A program made the position numbers and the translations under genes. DNA of 56,081 bases, filler included, from Platydemus manokwari (lineage: Eukaryota): the NCBI GenBank assembly GCA_037951405.1. It is 5 parts of 5 records of this genome, joined end to end, with 100 filler letters (N's around TTAATTAATTAA, not from the genome) between each part and the next. Parts side by side here need not be neighbours in the genome. Positions count along the whole stretch, not along the records: positions 1 to 11,524 come from JBBMOY010627769.1; positions 11,625 to 25,204 come from JBBMOY011682511.1; 3 more parts are not named here. One strand, given 5' to 3'. Below, one piece after another: positions 1 through 12,323 of this stretch. How positions within the stretch are numbered: position 1 is the stretch's first letter; each line of letters opens with the position of its first letter. The notes under the pieces were generated by a model. The model saw only the letters and a list, made by a program, of their open reading frames with translations, did no database searches and was not told the origin of the DNA.

Positions 1-252
1 TATACACAAAATTGTTACACTAAAAACAAATGCCATCAAGCATGACTGTCGATTGTCAAGAATTGTTACTTTTGTTTTCGGCTGAATTTTTCATTTCCCC
101 AACACCTTGTTATTTATTTTATCAATATCAAATCAAAGACACGCAAATTCTTTATAAAGTTTATTTAAAAATCGATAAACGAATTTACAATTAACTCAAA
201 CAATTTGACTCAAACTGAAAATATTATATAAACAAATGGGTTTTCGCTGTTG

Positions 253-375
253 TTATTCTTGCGTCTTCTTTTCCTCATCTACCATTTGCATCCATTCACT
301 ATAAGAGGTAATGGTGAATTGGGTCTTCTCTTCTTCGCTCTCCTCACTGTCTGAGTAGAGCACTAGTCGATCCAT
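253..375 (-). CDS. Candidate 40-aa acidic micropeptide MDRLVLYSDSEESEEEK...TQE
   Basis: ATG at 375 in AAAAC-ATG-G context. TATAAATATAAG lies at ~452-463 on the minus strand and AATAAA ~90 nt after the stop. The ORF is GC-richer than its flanks. No homology recognised. Confidence 0.3.
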   Translation of the reverse strand: MDRLVLYSDSEESEEEKTQFTITSYSEWMQMVDEEKKTQE

Positions 376-1405
376 GTTTTCCCAACATATGTATGGATGT
401 GAGTTCGATACTACCGGTTGAAGAGCAATATCAATCCGGTAGGTGCGTGCTCTTATATTTATAATCAAATAATACAATAAATAAACACAACTATGATAAC
501 AATAAGATTTATTTGTTATGATAACAAATTTGCAAATTTCAACTTTTTTAATGCAACTAAAAGTATTATAAAATTTTTTTAACTTTGATTTGTTCAGGCA
601 AACTTATTTATGCAAGCAAACAGTATATCATAATTTTTCACAAACACACAGATTAAAAAAGATTTTCAACAAAGAAAGGCTCAAATACCTAACCTCTTTT
701 GCGTTGGTATATGATTTTTATATGAATATAATAGACTTTATAATATGGGCGGGTCCTTGAATTATATTTATCTCGTTTTTATTAGATGTTCAAATGTTCA
801 CACCTTTATTGATATTCGAATTTATCTCTTTTTTTATCAAGTGTTAAAAACTTTACAACTCTATAGATATTCCTGTCTATTTTCCTTTCAAGATGGTCCA
901 AATATCAAATCGTAATAGTTCTTATTGTAAGAGTGAAATTTGTGATTTTGCCATTCCTTATATAGTATTTTCTAGAACGGATTCTTAATAATCGTTTTTT
1001 ATTATTTTCTTTTTCCCAATTGGCTTTTAAAATTATTTTACAAATCCGCATACATTAATAATTTTAATCTATTTTTCACTCATATTATTCATAATCTTTT
1101 CTTTTTTCTCCTACATTTAAAATTCCAATTTTCGTCCACATTTATAATTTATATTATTATTATTTATGGAGATTATTTTATTATTTATTATCTCGTCCAA
1201 TTATTAATATTTCGTATGGGATTTATTATTAAAAAATATTTCCTTTTTATTTATTTCATACCTTTTATTTCAAAAAAATAATGTTTTGTGATTTTGTTTT
1301 TATATACTATAACAATTTAAAAATAATTTTTTACACATAAATCGGCAGTAATAAATCAAAATCGTGCAAAAAAGTTAGATCACAAAAATTTAAAAGGATC
1401 ATATT

Positions 1406-1620
1406 AATCACAAAAAGTCAAATATTTGTTATTCGTCTATGTCGACTTTTCACCTGGATTGTAGGCTTTGATAGTAGGTTGATTGAAGAGATTGGGGTTT
1501 GATTTTCAGAAAGGCTGAAGATAAAGAAGATGTTGTTGAGCTCGTTGATCCTGTCCTGTTGCAATACTTTTGAGGAAAATTATCTGAATAATCAAAAAAT
1601 CACAAGAAAATCGTTTTTGA
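1406..1620 (-). repeat. Dispersed repeat, copy A (homologous to 13725-13986)
   Basis: Shares blocks with 13725-13986 by eye (ttgtt..tc.tctat.tc.ac.tt.cac.tggat, ggctttgatag, aagaaaatcgtttt). Minus-strand translation YYQSLQSR*KVDIDE compares with SYQSPQRSKWKVDIDE in copy B. Confidence 0.6.
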
Positions 1621-1982
1621 ATTTGAAAATAAAATAAATGCAAAATTAAATTTTTCAACAGCAAATAAAATAAACATAGAATTTGTTGAAAAGCATCAAG
1701 ATAAGAAATTATTTTGCTAACATTAAGGTCATTGTAGAATCATATATTTATAAATATATATATATAAATAAATATATATTTATAAATAAAATAACAATGA
1801 AAGTTACTAAAAATAACTATTTAAACTAAAAATAGTAACTAATACATTAGTAACACCAAAAATGATAGCAAAATACTAAGCTTAAAATGTTACTAAAAAA
1901 TACCAATATGATACACGAAATACACGCACACACATAGAATAAATTTAAATATAGACGAATATCTGATATTTGTTTACATATT

Positions 1983-3287
1983 TAGAATCGCGCGTATTTT
2001 TTGAATGGCGTTTTAGTCATGCTTTAGAAAATTGCCCCAAGTCTGAACGAAATCACGAAACAGTTTAATTAATCGATAATTACAACTTCGAAAACATATT
2101 TTTATAAAGCTTTCCACCACATGTTTCTCGTACATAATATGCCAAATCGCAATACCCCCTCCAAAATAAGCAGATTTTGACGAGTCACAAAAGTATAGAT
2201 AGTAGTGTTTGAAGAATATATAAAATCCATATTATTGAAACATCAATTGAAATACGGGTTATTTGATGATAATATTTTCTTTCTTACACAATACATGTTT
2301 AAGAAAGCAATGGTAAACAATGCTGGGAATCCGTAAACCAAATAGAATACGAGACAATTGTCTGGAAAATTATCTTGCAATAAATATCTGTAAATATGTA
2401 AAAATTATTATTGAAATTTCTTTTTAAAACAAGTAGAATGTTAAAATATAATTGATTTATTCTGATTTGATGGTGCATTTTGTTGTTAACGATATTATTA
2501 AAATGTATATACGAGTATATTAAAGGAAAAAATTTATAAAATGTGACAAAAAATTAAGTTTAATAAAACTCATAAAATATATCAGCTACTTGTTGACAAA
2601 AAATAATTCCAAATTCATCATAAAAATCATCTTAAGAAATTTTTAAATATCAAGAGTTGTTTTAATTATAAAATCAGGAAAATTTAAAAAGAAAAACAAA
2701 TAAAATTAAAAAAATAGAGGGATTGAAGAAATAAATTTAAAATATTTGACAAATTCGCACCTGAATGACCTTCCAGCAACAGCGCATAAGCTGGAGACCT
2801 TCAGTGAGAAAGGGACAAAATAATTTAAACATAACCTAGTCAAGGGAATGGTATTTTATTGCCATATGAAAGCAGGAAATAACAAAACAATGATGATTAA
2901 TATTTGAAGAAAATCAAAATAGTTGAAGATAGTTGCAATTGATTTTTGACAGAAAAGGAATATTTTGATCACGAAAAATCAGTTGACTAACAATGAGGTA
3001 AAGTTTAAAATATGGGTTATTTTTAAATCATTTTCCTACTTCATCTAAAATTCAAGAATTGTTGATATAAGAATATTTTCAAGTCTTACATTTATAAGTT
3101 GTTTGAACCCATTATCGTACGAAAATAATAAGAAAAACTAAAAAAGTCATGAGGAATGGACATGTAATAATGTTGATATTAAAAGGTCAACTACTAGATG
3201 GTGATGAGTATCTGATTGGCAAATGATTATGGGATTTTTTGAATTAAGTTTACAATGCAATAAAATAGCATATCGTCTTTAGATACC
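1983..3287 (-). pseudogene. Degraded multi-exon gene for a hydrophobic, membrane-like protein
   Basis: A 45-nt GT-AG intron lies at 3045-3089. Splicing ...AVAGRSFR to YLLQDNFPDN... is phase-compatible. Hydrophobic segments (IFNYFDFLQILIIIVLLFP; LVFYLVYGFPALFTIAFL) are interrupted by stops. Confidence 0.3.
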
Positions 3288-4529
3288 TAAAATCATTTGC
3301 TATTATTTGATTTGTTGAATATATTTTATTGATTTGTATTACTCAGTTGTTTATATATTATGTCTGTATATTGTTTCATGTACTGATCTACATTTTAACT
3401 ATTATTATTCTGGGGTTTGTAAAAAGACAATGAACTGATAATGATTGTGTATCGATGTATAAAAGTATTCCGCATGAAATTATATTGAATTTTTTCGTGT
3501 AGAAATCCAGAATAAAATAACAATTAAATTAAATTCGAAATAATATTGTAAAACCATTTTAAAATATCTTTTGAAATAATACAATTTAAAAATCCTTTAA
3601 ACATTTCTCCTATAATAAACAATAACCATGAAATATTAATAATGAACAATCCGATATCACCAATTATTGCGCCCAGTTAATGAAATATACAGCCAGAATA
3701 AAATAAATAGTCATGCACCAAAATAAAATAAAATACCTGTGTGTTTAATTAGAGAGAATTTCTCTCTAATAGTGGAATTCATCGTAGAGAATTTCTCTCT
3801 GCCACAAAAAATTCCAGTGCAATAAAGGTGTATGTAATGCATTTAATAAATATTCGTAGGGAATATCTACGAATGATTCACCGTTATCTATGGTAGTGAC
3901 CGCAAATATAACAGATACAGTTACACAGTTAAGACACAATGAACAAATTTAGGACACAGTTAGGACTGTGATATACAGGAACGATAATACGTAATATCAG
4001 CATTAGGATCCCGTGAAACAAAAGAAGATTCAATTACACAAGGGATCCAGAATTTGTATACGCCCAGTACACATACTGGAAGAACATCTATGTCATAGGA
4101 TGATCAAATAAGATCCAATAATTATAAAACCGTCAGTTAATTATAAAAACCGCATACTTGTCCTATTGAGAGGGTTTGATTTGCTCCATAAAAACCTCGT
4201 TTTACTCATCTTTGGAGCAAAACGTTAGACGCTTTTGGAATTGTGTATAAAATATCCTACGTTTATGCGTATAAAAGTAATTCTAAAAACCTTATTTTTA
4301 TTGATTGTATCTTAGTATTTGAACAATATTTTTTTAGGTATATTTCTGATTTGTTGTTTTAATAATAAAAGTATATTTAAATCATACAGTTGTTGTAATA
4401 TTAGATCAGTAAGTGCCATAAGGTTCTACAATAATTTCCGTGAATAATTTCATCATCAAAATAATCTCATCACCTTTTTGGCAAGATACAGTTGAGACAG
4501 TTAAAGGTTAAAAGATAATATAAAATCAA

Positions 4530-4620
4530 TAAAACAATATCCAGAGCTACTCATCCCGTCTTCATACGGGGATTAGATTTGATCAATGCGAGGGACCTGT
4601 GGGTCAATAGAACTTGCTAG
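4530..4620 (+). mobile_element. Possible short remnant of a REL-type non-LTR RT thumb region
   Basis: Frameshifted translation ELLIPSSYG/GLDLINARDLWVNR resembles the LYxPxxxGGLGLxN motif after RT domain 7. Confidence 0.25.
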
Positions 4621-4774
4621 TACTGGTAAGACTCAGATATTACCCAAGAGTTTTAGAAACAATAAAGAAATAAAATAAAAATGAAAACGCTGACCGCGAA
4701 AGGTCAACAATTACATTGATTATAAAACCATTTTTTGCAAATGTTGGAGTCAGAAAATTTGGAATATCATCACT

Positions 4775-5160
4775 AAATCATCAATACTTAATAATCAATT
4801 ATCAATCATCAATATCTAATCATCAATACTTAAACCATACTTATTTATCAAAATATATCATCAGACTTTAACAATCAATAGTTAATAATCAATACTTGAT
4901 CATTGGAACTTAGTCATCAATAAATGATCAACAAAATTTAATCATCAATACTTAATCATCAATATTTAATAATCTTTGCTTAAACCATACATTTATCAAA
5001 CTTTAATCATTGGACTTCAATTATCAATACTTAATCATTGAAACTGAGTCATCAATAAATGATCAACAAAACTTAATCACCAATACTTAATCGTCGATAT
5101 TTAATCATCAATTCTTAATCATCAATAATTGATCACCAATACTTGATCATTAAAACTTAA
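4775..5160. repeat. Minisatellite with ~14-bp unit TTAATCATCAATAC and a ~140-150-bp higher-order duplication
   Basis: Many degenerate TTAATCATCAATAC copies. Blocks starting TAAACCATAC at 4831 and 4981 share the same variant order (agtcatcaataaatgatcaacaaaa). Confidence 0.85.
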
Positions 5161-6628
5161 AGTACTTGAATAGTCATTATTTCACCTATGATGACTACCA
5201 AAATAATCTTTATCTAAATCTTAGCACAAACAAATTTTTTATAACTTACTGGTCTAAAATACTGACAAAATAAGTGATAAAATCTTTCTCAATGAAGGAC
5301 TTTGTTATAATATGAACGATTTTTCAAGTAATCATTTGAAAGTAAAATATAAAGTAAAATATAAAAATTAAACTATAACACTCGATGAATTCGAAGTTTT
5401 TTAAAAAATCCATATAGTTGAAAAGTCTAAACAATAGTTCAGCCAATCCCTTTCCATTATATTATGCTAATAATGAATTAATAACTCCTAATAACAGCAA
5501 TTATCATATTACATTCAACATAATGAATAAAAATGATGAAATAATCTTTTCGAAATTTAGAATATTACAATTAGAAGCGTCAATATATCGTTTACATTAC
5601 CTTTAGTAAAATATTGGACTATGGAACTTGTAAATAACATTGTTCTGCAACTTGTTCTCTTTTAAAATATTCATAATCGATCTATTAATGTTGAGAAATA
5701 TTTTGGCAAATATTAATAACCAATTTGATAGGAGTAAAACATCACCTACTTTTGCATTGAGGATCAATGATAAATTATGTATCTAGAATAATTACCTAAA
5801 ATATTGTTGATGTTAATTATTCAATTCATATCATATGCCAATCGAAATTCATTTCGAGTTAATTTAATTAACAAGATTGGATAATCACAGAAAATATTCT
5901 TAGTGATGTCAGATGATTGTGGTCACCTGAACTGCTTTTGTACTTTTATAATTATTCATTTGATAATGACTAAAATAATATTAAAATTATTTATTTTCAT
6001 TATACAGGTTTTTATATTACTATTAATAATATATAAATTAACTTTTTCTGTACAGGATCACAGTTATTTAATATAATATGTTCTTGTGTCCTATATGGTT
6101 TTAAAATTTTTATTAAGATACTTTAAATAATCTAAAGGAGCTCAAGAAATAAAAATTATTACAATTTAGAGTTGGTTGATGATTTAAATTTAACGTATAA
6201 GTGGTAATTATAATAATCTGACTCCAATAGGTTTGGTTTTTAAGAAATATGACACATTATATTTGTAAATTATAAAAGAATAAATAAACGATAACAATAA
6301 CTAAATATAATTGTTGGGGTTTATAAATGTAAGATAGAATAACGAAATGAAATCAAATTAAAATTTTGGTATTATAAATTAACGATGAATATGCTTAGAC
6401 GATAAAATTGAAGATACATATAAGATAAAGTTGCGATTTGGTTCCCAATAGAATCTGCTCGAATACGATACGCAGTAAGTGTTCGAATCACTCTCGTATA
6501 ATAACAATAATAGTTAAGATATATTAAGGAAGTTAAATATGAGATTATTCTGATAAATATGAAAATAAATTATTAAATAAACGAATATAATAAAATAAGA
6601 TTATTAACAATAAATCGGATTTTAATAT

Positions 6629-6810
6629 ACACTCCAAGATACAATTCTATTGTGGACGGCTAGACTCTTCAGGAGGACAGCCAGGTGAGCCCAACTAGTT
6701 GGCGAGACACCTCCGTGGTTAAAAAGGTGGGAGATAATAAAGTAGAGCGTAAATAAATTTAAAACAACCACACAGCTATCGAGATAGCTGTGGGCGCGTA
6801 ATAAAAACAT
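6629..6810 (+). mobile_element. 3' end of a 5'-truncated R4/Dong-like REL non-LTR retrotransposon
   Basis: 6629-6688 reads TLQDTILLWTARLFRRTAR*, like the terminal LQKxxLLxTARIxRxxL helix of R4-type ORFs. A GC-rich 3' UTR with hairpin CACAGCTATC-GA-GATAGCTGTG, AATAAA and an A-rich end follows. Confidence 0.4.
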
Positions 6811-9800
6811 AAAATTTTACTCATCATTGTTGCAAAAAAATGTAAATAGTCGGGTTTTAAGTAAAGGTAGAATGATTTACCGTAGGCTTCTTCAATTAAT
6901 AATAGACTGGAAGGCTTCCTCAAATTTTCGATAGATCAATAAACTATTCGTTCGAATGTTTTTCTAATAAGGTTTCGTCGCAATAATGATAAATTGGTAA
7001 TCGTCTGTTGAATGCTTCGTAAAATAAATGTTTCGCCAGAATAATAAAATTGGTAGTCGTTTGTTGATTGCCTCGTTAGAATAATTTTGGAATCTTCTGT
7101 TAAATCAATTAACCGCGTATGACAAAGTGCAATCAAACTGAATTTGTTTGGTCTTATATGCTGATTTTGTAGGTCACATGCGTCATATCAGTGTGTTTAT
7201 TTTTTGTCCTCTTTTGTTTTTAAAGTTAGAAGCTGTTTAGACGTCTAGACATAATGTAGAAAGATAATTTCTACAATAAAACAGGGAATGATAAATAATC
7301 AGTGATTTAATGGTAAAAATAAACAATGAGTAAATTTATTTAAATTATTATTGAGAATTCTATTGCTGTTGATACTAATGAGACAGAATAGATTTTAAAG
7401 TCAACTCTAAGCATGTAACCGGAAGAGATTTCTTGTGCCAACTGAAGGATTTAAGGTGGTGGGGTCCAATATTCCAGAAACCACGTGTCGTCACTCAGTT
7501 TATACAAAAATTAAAATTAATTTATTGGTTGGAGAAGCCAGATAAATAATTTAGAAAATTTACAACATTCGCTTAAATTATGCCGATAATGAAATGCATG
7601 ATAAAAATTTAAAATTCTAAAAGGTTAACATTACCTGTTATCGTAATATTGAATGTTGTTGAATCAGTGGCAAGTGAATCGAAAATTTGATTTGGATATT
7701 AGAATTGCTTTCATCTTAGGTAATAATTCTTCAACAATCACTCTTTTTCGTGGTAAATCAATGCAACTATTTATGCTTTTGTTCACCGTATTGATAATAT
7801 AATCTTCTTTTGATAGTAACTTAGAAATTTGGTAAATGTAACATGATAAAATTAACGAGTTATTCGAGTTTAATAATCTACTATTATTAATCTACTATTT
7901 CTGATTTCTTTGTATCATTTTCTATTTTAAATTATACTTTTTGTATCTTTTTTTATTGCCAGTTTCTATTTATTTTTAGACGTTTCTTTATTTATAATTT
8001 ATTTTTATATTTAGTTATATCTTTAGTTATATATTTAGTATTGTATCTATTTTTAATTTAATTAATCATTTTCCATTATAATTTTCGAAAAATTTGAAAT
8101 TTTGTTGATATTATAATTGCATGGAGCAGATCAAAAATTAATTTGAGATACATCAGTATTTAAGCTAGTGTATTCATAAGTGATATTCTGAATACTACTT
8201 TTGTTTATCCGTACTTTGAAACAAAATCTGAACTTAGTTTGGGAAGTACCATACTATGAGGCCTTGGACAGTGAGTTTATATCAAGTGATATTCATATAA
8301 TTTAATTATTAAGATCAAATCATGATTTGGTTTTTAACTGATCCTTGAAGATAAAACTTGGGTTCATATATCCCAATAATTTTCTCCTTGAATTGAGAAT
8401 TTTTTTGTAATAAAGATACAAAATCTTCATAGACTTTCACTGGTTGATTATGATCATCTTCATTAAGATTTTAATGCAAAGAAAAGTGATAACTTTCGTG
8501 ACTCAAATTCATTTTAAATATATTCCATGATTTGTGGAACCATTTTCTATGAAGAAAGAATTTTAGTGTCGTGGTTTACCTAATGATATTTCGTCAATAT
8601 TACTTGTTAATTACAATCTCTCATTTAAAGAAAAAATTGCCTTGCGTTCAATAAATGTGCGTAAAAATTTCAAAATTTCCTGATACTTGTCGAAAATTTC
8701 TTTACAATAAAAACACGTTCTTACTTGATTGACATCATGTATGAATAAAATTGAACAGATGTGCACCAATCAAACGATCAATAATCAAAATAATTTGAAT
8801 TTTTAAAGTTAGCAGAATTTATTGCGATACAACGAAAGTCATTTTAAAATCTTCAAACGAATTCCTGTAAATTTTTTGGGGAAAACCATATATAATCTGA
8901 TCAATGGAAATGTATCGATATCAATCAAGAATAGAACTAGATATTTGTAAAGTGAAAATAAAAGGCAATAATATTATTATTCTGTGAAAAACCAATTAAA
9001 GCTTGAAAAAAAATAAGTACAAATGAATAAAATAGGAAAAGAAAAAAATCAATAAATTTTATTCCATTTTATAATTAATTTATAAATGGTAGAGTAAATT
9101 TTCACACGTGTCACCTTTAAAATTTGAAAATAAATGAGAATTATTAGAGATTTTCAAATACGATAATCTTCGATGAAAATCCAAAATTTAATTATTAGGA
9201 AAATTCAGATAAAATTACATAGTAAGAAAAAATTCCATTTATAGCTTTCAAATGGAAAATTATTTGATGAAAAACTGTTGCAGTCGCTGGTAAAATTGTA
9301 AGATGAATTGTATAAAAAATCCAAAGTCTTATCCCGCTCTATTAGAAAATGCAAATAGAAAATGGCTCGGAGTCTTTTGAATATGCATTCTTTCAACTAC
9401 GTTGATTAAAAGTTGTCTTGAAAGTTAATGTTTGAATGAATATCAAACTAAAAATAAATAAGCCAAAGATAATTAAAAAAAACGAACATTTTAAAATCAA
9501 TAACACATATTTTTAATAAGATAATTAAAAATTTTGTTATCTAATCAATGATCAGCACTGAATTAATTTAAATTTAAATGAAATAAATAATTCGACGAGA
9601 TTGAAATTGATGTATTTTGAAGTTAATAAGTCGGAAATTATAAAACCAACTGCTAACAATTCACACGAGCATATCCATTACATAAACAAACATGCCTTGG
9701 AGATACAATCATTTTAAATGTAGCCACCTGACCCCAGATGGTTATATTAGTCAATGCTGAATGATTGTTGACAGTCCACAGGTGGATCAGAAAAATCAGA

Positions 9801-11333
9801 AGTGAAATATTTGAAGAGCTATTCAAATTCTCCTTATACTAAAACACCCAATAGTAAAGGTAAATTAATAAATTCAAAATAGCCATGGACTATTAATTAA
9901 ATGAGTGATGTTCGTTTAAAGCGAATAATCAATGGCTCGAATTCACTGGTGAATAAATCAATATTGGTGGATTTGAGGTTAACAGATAAAATGACAAAAA
10001 CAAGCCGTTGTCTAAGCCATTCACAGTGAACATATATCACCAAGGAGATATTTCTTTGGATTTTTTGGATTAAGATTGATTAAAATCTCAGCAGATGTTT
10101 CAATATTCTAATTTGAAAAATCTATCCAATGAATAAATTATTCAAAAAGTAAATAAGTGGAATTTTTTTCATTTCAGCCAGTTGTTTTAATTAATAAAAC
10201 TGATATTATTAATGATCATTCATGAAAATAGAACAAAAATCATATTGGTGTCATTAATTTGGTGTATCTTATAATGAAATAAAAGCTGAGTAGACTCTAT
10301 TCATATTGGAAATTCAAGTTGCATGGAGATTGAAATTTCAGACCAAGAATTAAGGATATTTTAATTTTTTACAGATTATGTTTCAATCGCCACATGGAGA
10401 TAACCAAATGTGGAAAATTTAAAAAAGTAAATTCATTGATATGAATGTAGGTTCATTTCAGAATGATGTCAGTCAATTCTTCAATTAATAAGCCCAAAGT
10501 TTAGTACGGTAATTCGAGTGTATAAACAATAATGGTAGATAATAATTAATAATAATAATATATATGTAAACAATTTAAAGCACGGCGATTCCAAAGTTGA
10601 ATAAAAAGTCACTAAATGATAAACATAACCCAAATCTTAAATATAAATATTCCAAAAACATTAACAAATTTATCATGGATAAGTATATTGTTCTAAAATT
10701 CAAATCTTATAAATAAATATTTTTAAAATAATACATCTAGATCCTACTCACGTAACACATGTTAAAAATAAATGAAAATTTAGTAATAAACACTGTTATG
10801 TTACAATATTAAAAATTAATGGTAATTTATTATTATTATTAAGTATACGGTGGCTCATATTAGCTTGAAAATATTAAGTAGTAATTAATTTATTTATGAT
10901 TAATCTCACTCCAATAAAGAAATGAATGCATAATAAATAAATAAAAATATAAAGAGTACAATTGACAATATCTAAAAGCTATTAATAGTTACACTAATTT
11001 TATATGAGACAATAACCAGGTAGTATTATTTGATTAATTATTAAATAGGGTTCTATTATTGTAGGATTCAAAATTGAGTCTTCTATGCTTTCGTCGAAAG
11101 AGCTTTCTTTGTTGAATAGCTTATATGTGCAACCAATCACTCGTAATATTTAATCAGTTTACGCAAGTGACTTTTAAACTTTATTTAAAAGAATGGCTGA
11201 GCATGGTCCAAGCAATTTCAATTAATCATAAGTGTAAGGATTTTAAAACGAATAAAATATTTTAAAATTTGATTAAGATCTTATATAAAACAATACTAAT
11301 TTTTTTTAAGTAATCGTAGTTAAATATAATTTC

Positions 11334-11385
11334 ATGTCGTGACTTTTCAGTTAGTTTCCTTTGCTTTATTAAATAGTAGCGGCTT
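11334..11385. repeat. Short bipartite dispersed element, copy 1 (copy 2 at 52932-52988)
   Basis: ATGTCGTGACTTTTCAGTT (19 nt) and AAATAGTAGCGGCTT (15 nt) are identical in both copies, with a variable spacer between them. Confidence 0.75.
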
Positions 11386-11524
11386 AAAAAATAATTCTAT
11401 TAATTCTATTAAAAAATAATGTTAAAACGAAATTGCATCGTAAAATTATGCTGCTTTTGAACATTCAAAGTATACTCGACACTTGTCCATTTCTGTTGCT
11501 TGGCTTGACATTGCAAACGCCTTT

Positions 11525-11624
11525 NNNNNNNNNNNNNNNNNNNNNNNNNNNNNNNNNNNNNNNNNNNNTTAATTAATTAANNNNNNNNNNNNNNNNNNNN
11601 NNNNNNNNNNNNNNNNNNNNNNNN
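11525..11624. other. Artificial contig spacer (44N-TTAATTAATTAA-44N)
   Basis: Six-frame-stop linker of identical structure at four positions. Confidence 0.97.
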
Positions 11625-12323
11625 ACCACTATAGGTATCTCGGAGTTAACTTTAGTCTCAAGTTACACAATTCAACGGAGGGACTGTTCAACGACTTACA
11701 ATTTGCTTTACAAAAACTGACCGATTCAATCCTTTTACCGTGGCAAAAACTAAGAGCCCTCGAACTTTTTATACTAACAAAGCCCACTTTTTATCTCAGA
11801 AATTACTACATCACATTCACGTGCCTGTTAGAGATGGATGTCATGATGAGAAAGTTTATAAAAAAACATATTAGGAGTTCCGAAATACTGTAGTACGAAA
11901 TACCTGTACGCGTCCAAATCAAATGGAGGGTGTGGGCTTAGAAACTTGTGTGAGGATTACACTACGCAGTCCATCATGCATGTCTTCTACCTACTAACGA
12001 GTGAGCACGAAATGATAAGTCAAGTTTCGATCCATTCTCTATGTCACGCTGCGAAAACAGAAACATGCTCCGACATTTGTAACATATCACAAGCACTGGA
12101 GTGGATTAACACACATATGCCACAGACTCGGAGAAGCAAAACATGGTGGGGCAAAGTCCGCGAGTCCATCAAATATGCGTCAAACAAGTTAAACACTAAG
12201 GTACAATTTATCTACATAAATTAAACCATCATTCTTCGAGTCGACCAAAACATACATGTCGATGATAGGGTTTTTTCTCATTCCGGAATCATAAAACTCA
12301 AGAAATTCAAGGAGGCACCAAAG

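Noticed and set aside
6478-6492. tRNA T-arm/B-box (AGTG-TTCGAAT-CACT)
   Set aside because: No acceptor stem, D arm or anticodon arm can be built; at most a decayed tRNA/SINE fragment.
6640-6680. CUGAAGAG on the minus strand as a hammerhead core
   Set aside because: The GAAA and UH elements are absent after the putative stem II.
8100-10500. Coding-like degraded stretches (CxxC pairs at ~8700-8765; WRLKF at ~10324)
   Set aside because: Too many stops and no motif series that supports a family call.
11181-11203. A-box-like GAATGGCTGAGCATGGTCCAAGC (another at ~18627)
   Set aside because: No matching B box or cloverleaf downstream.
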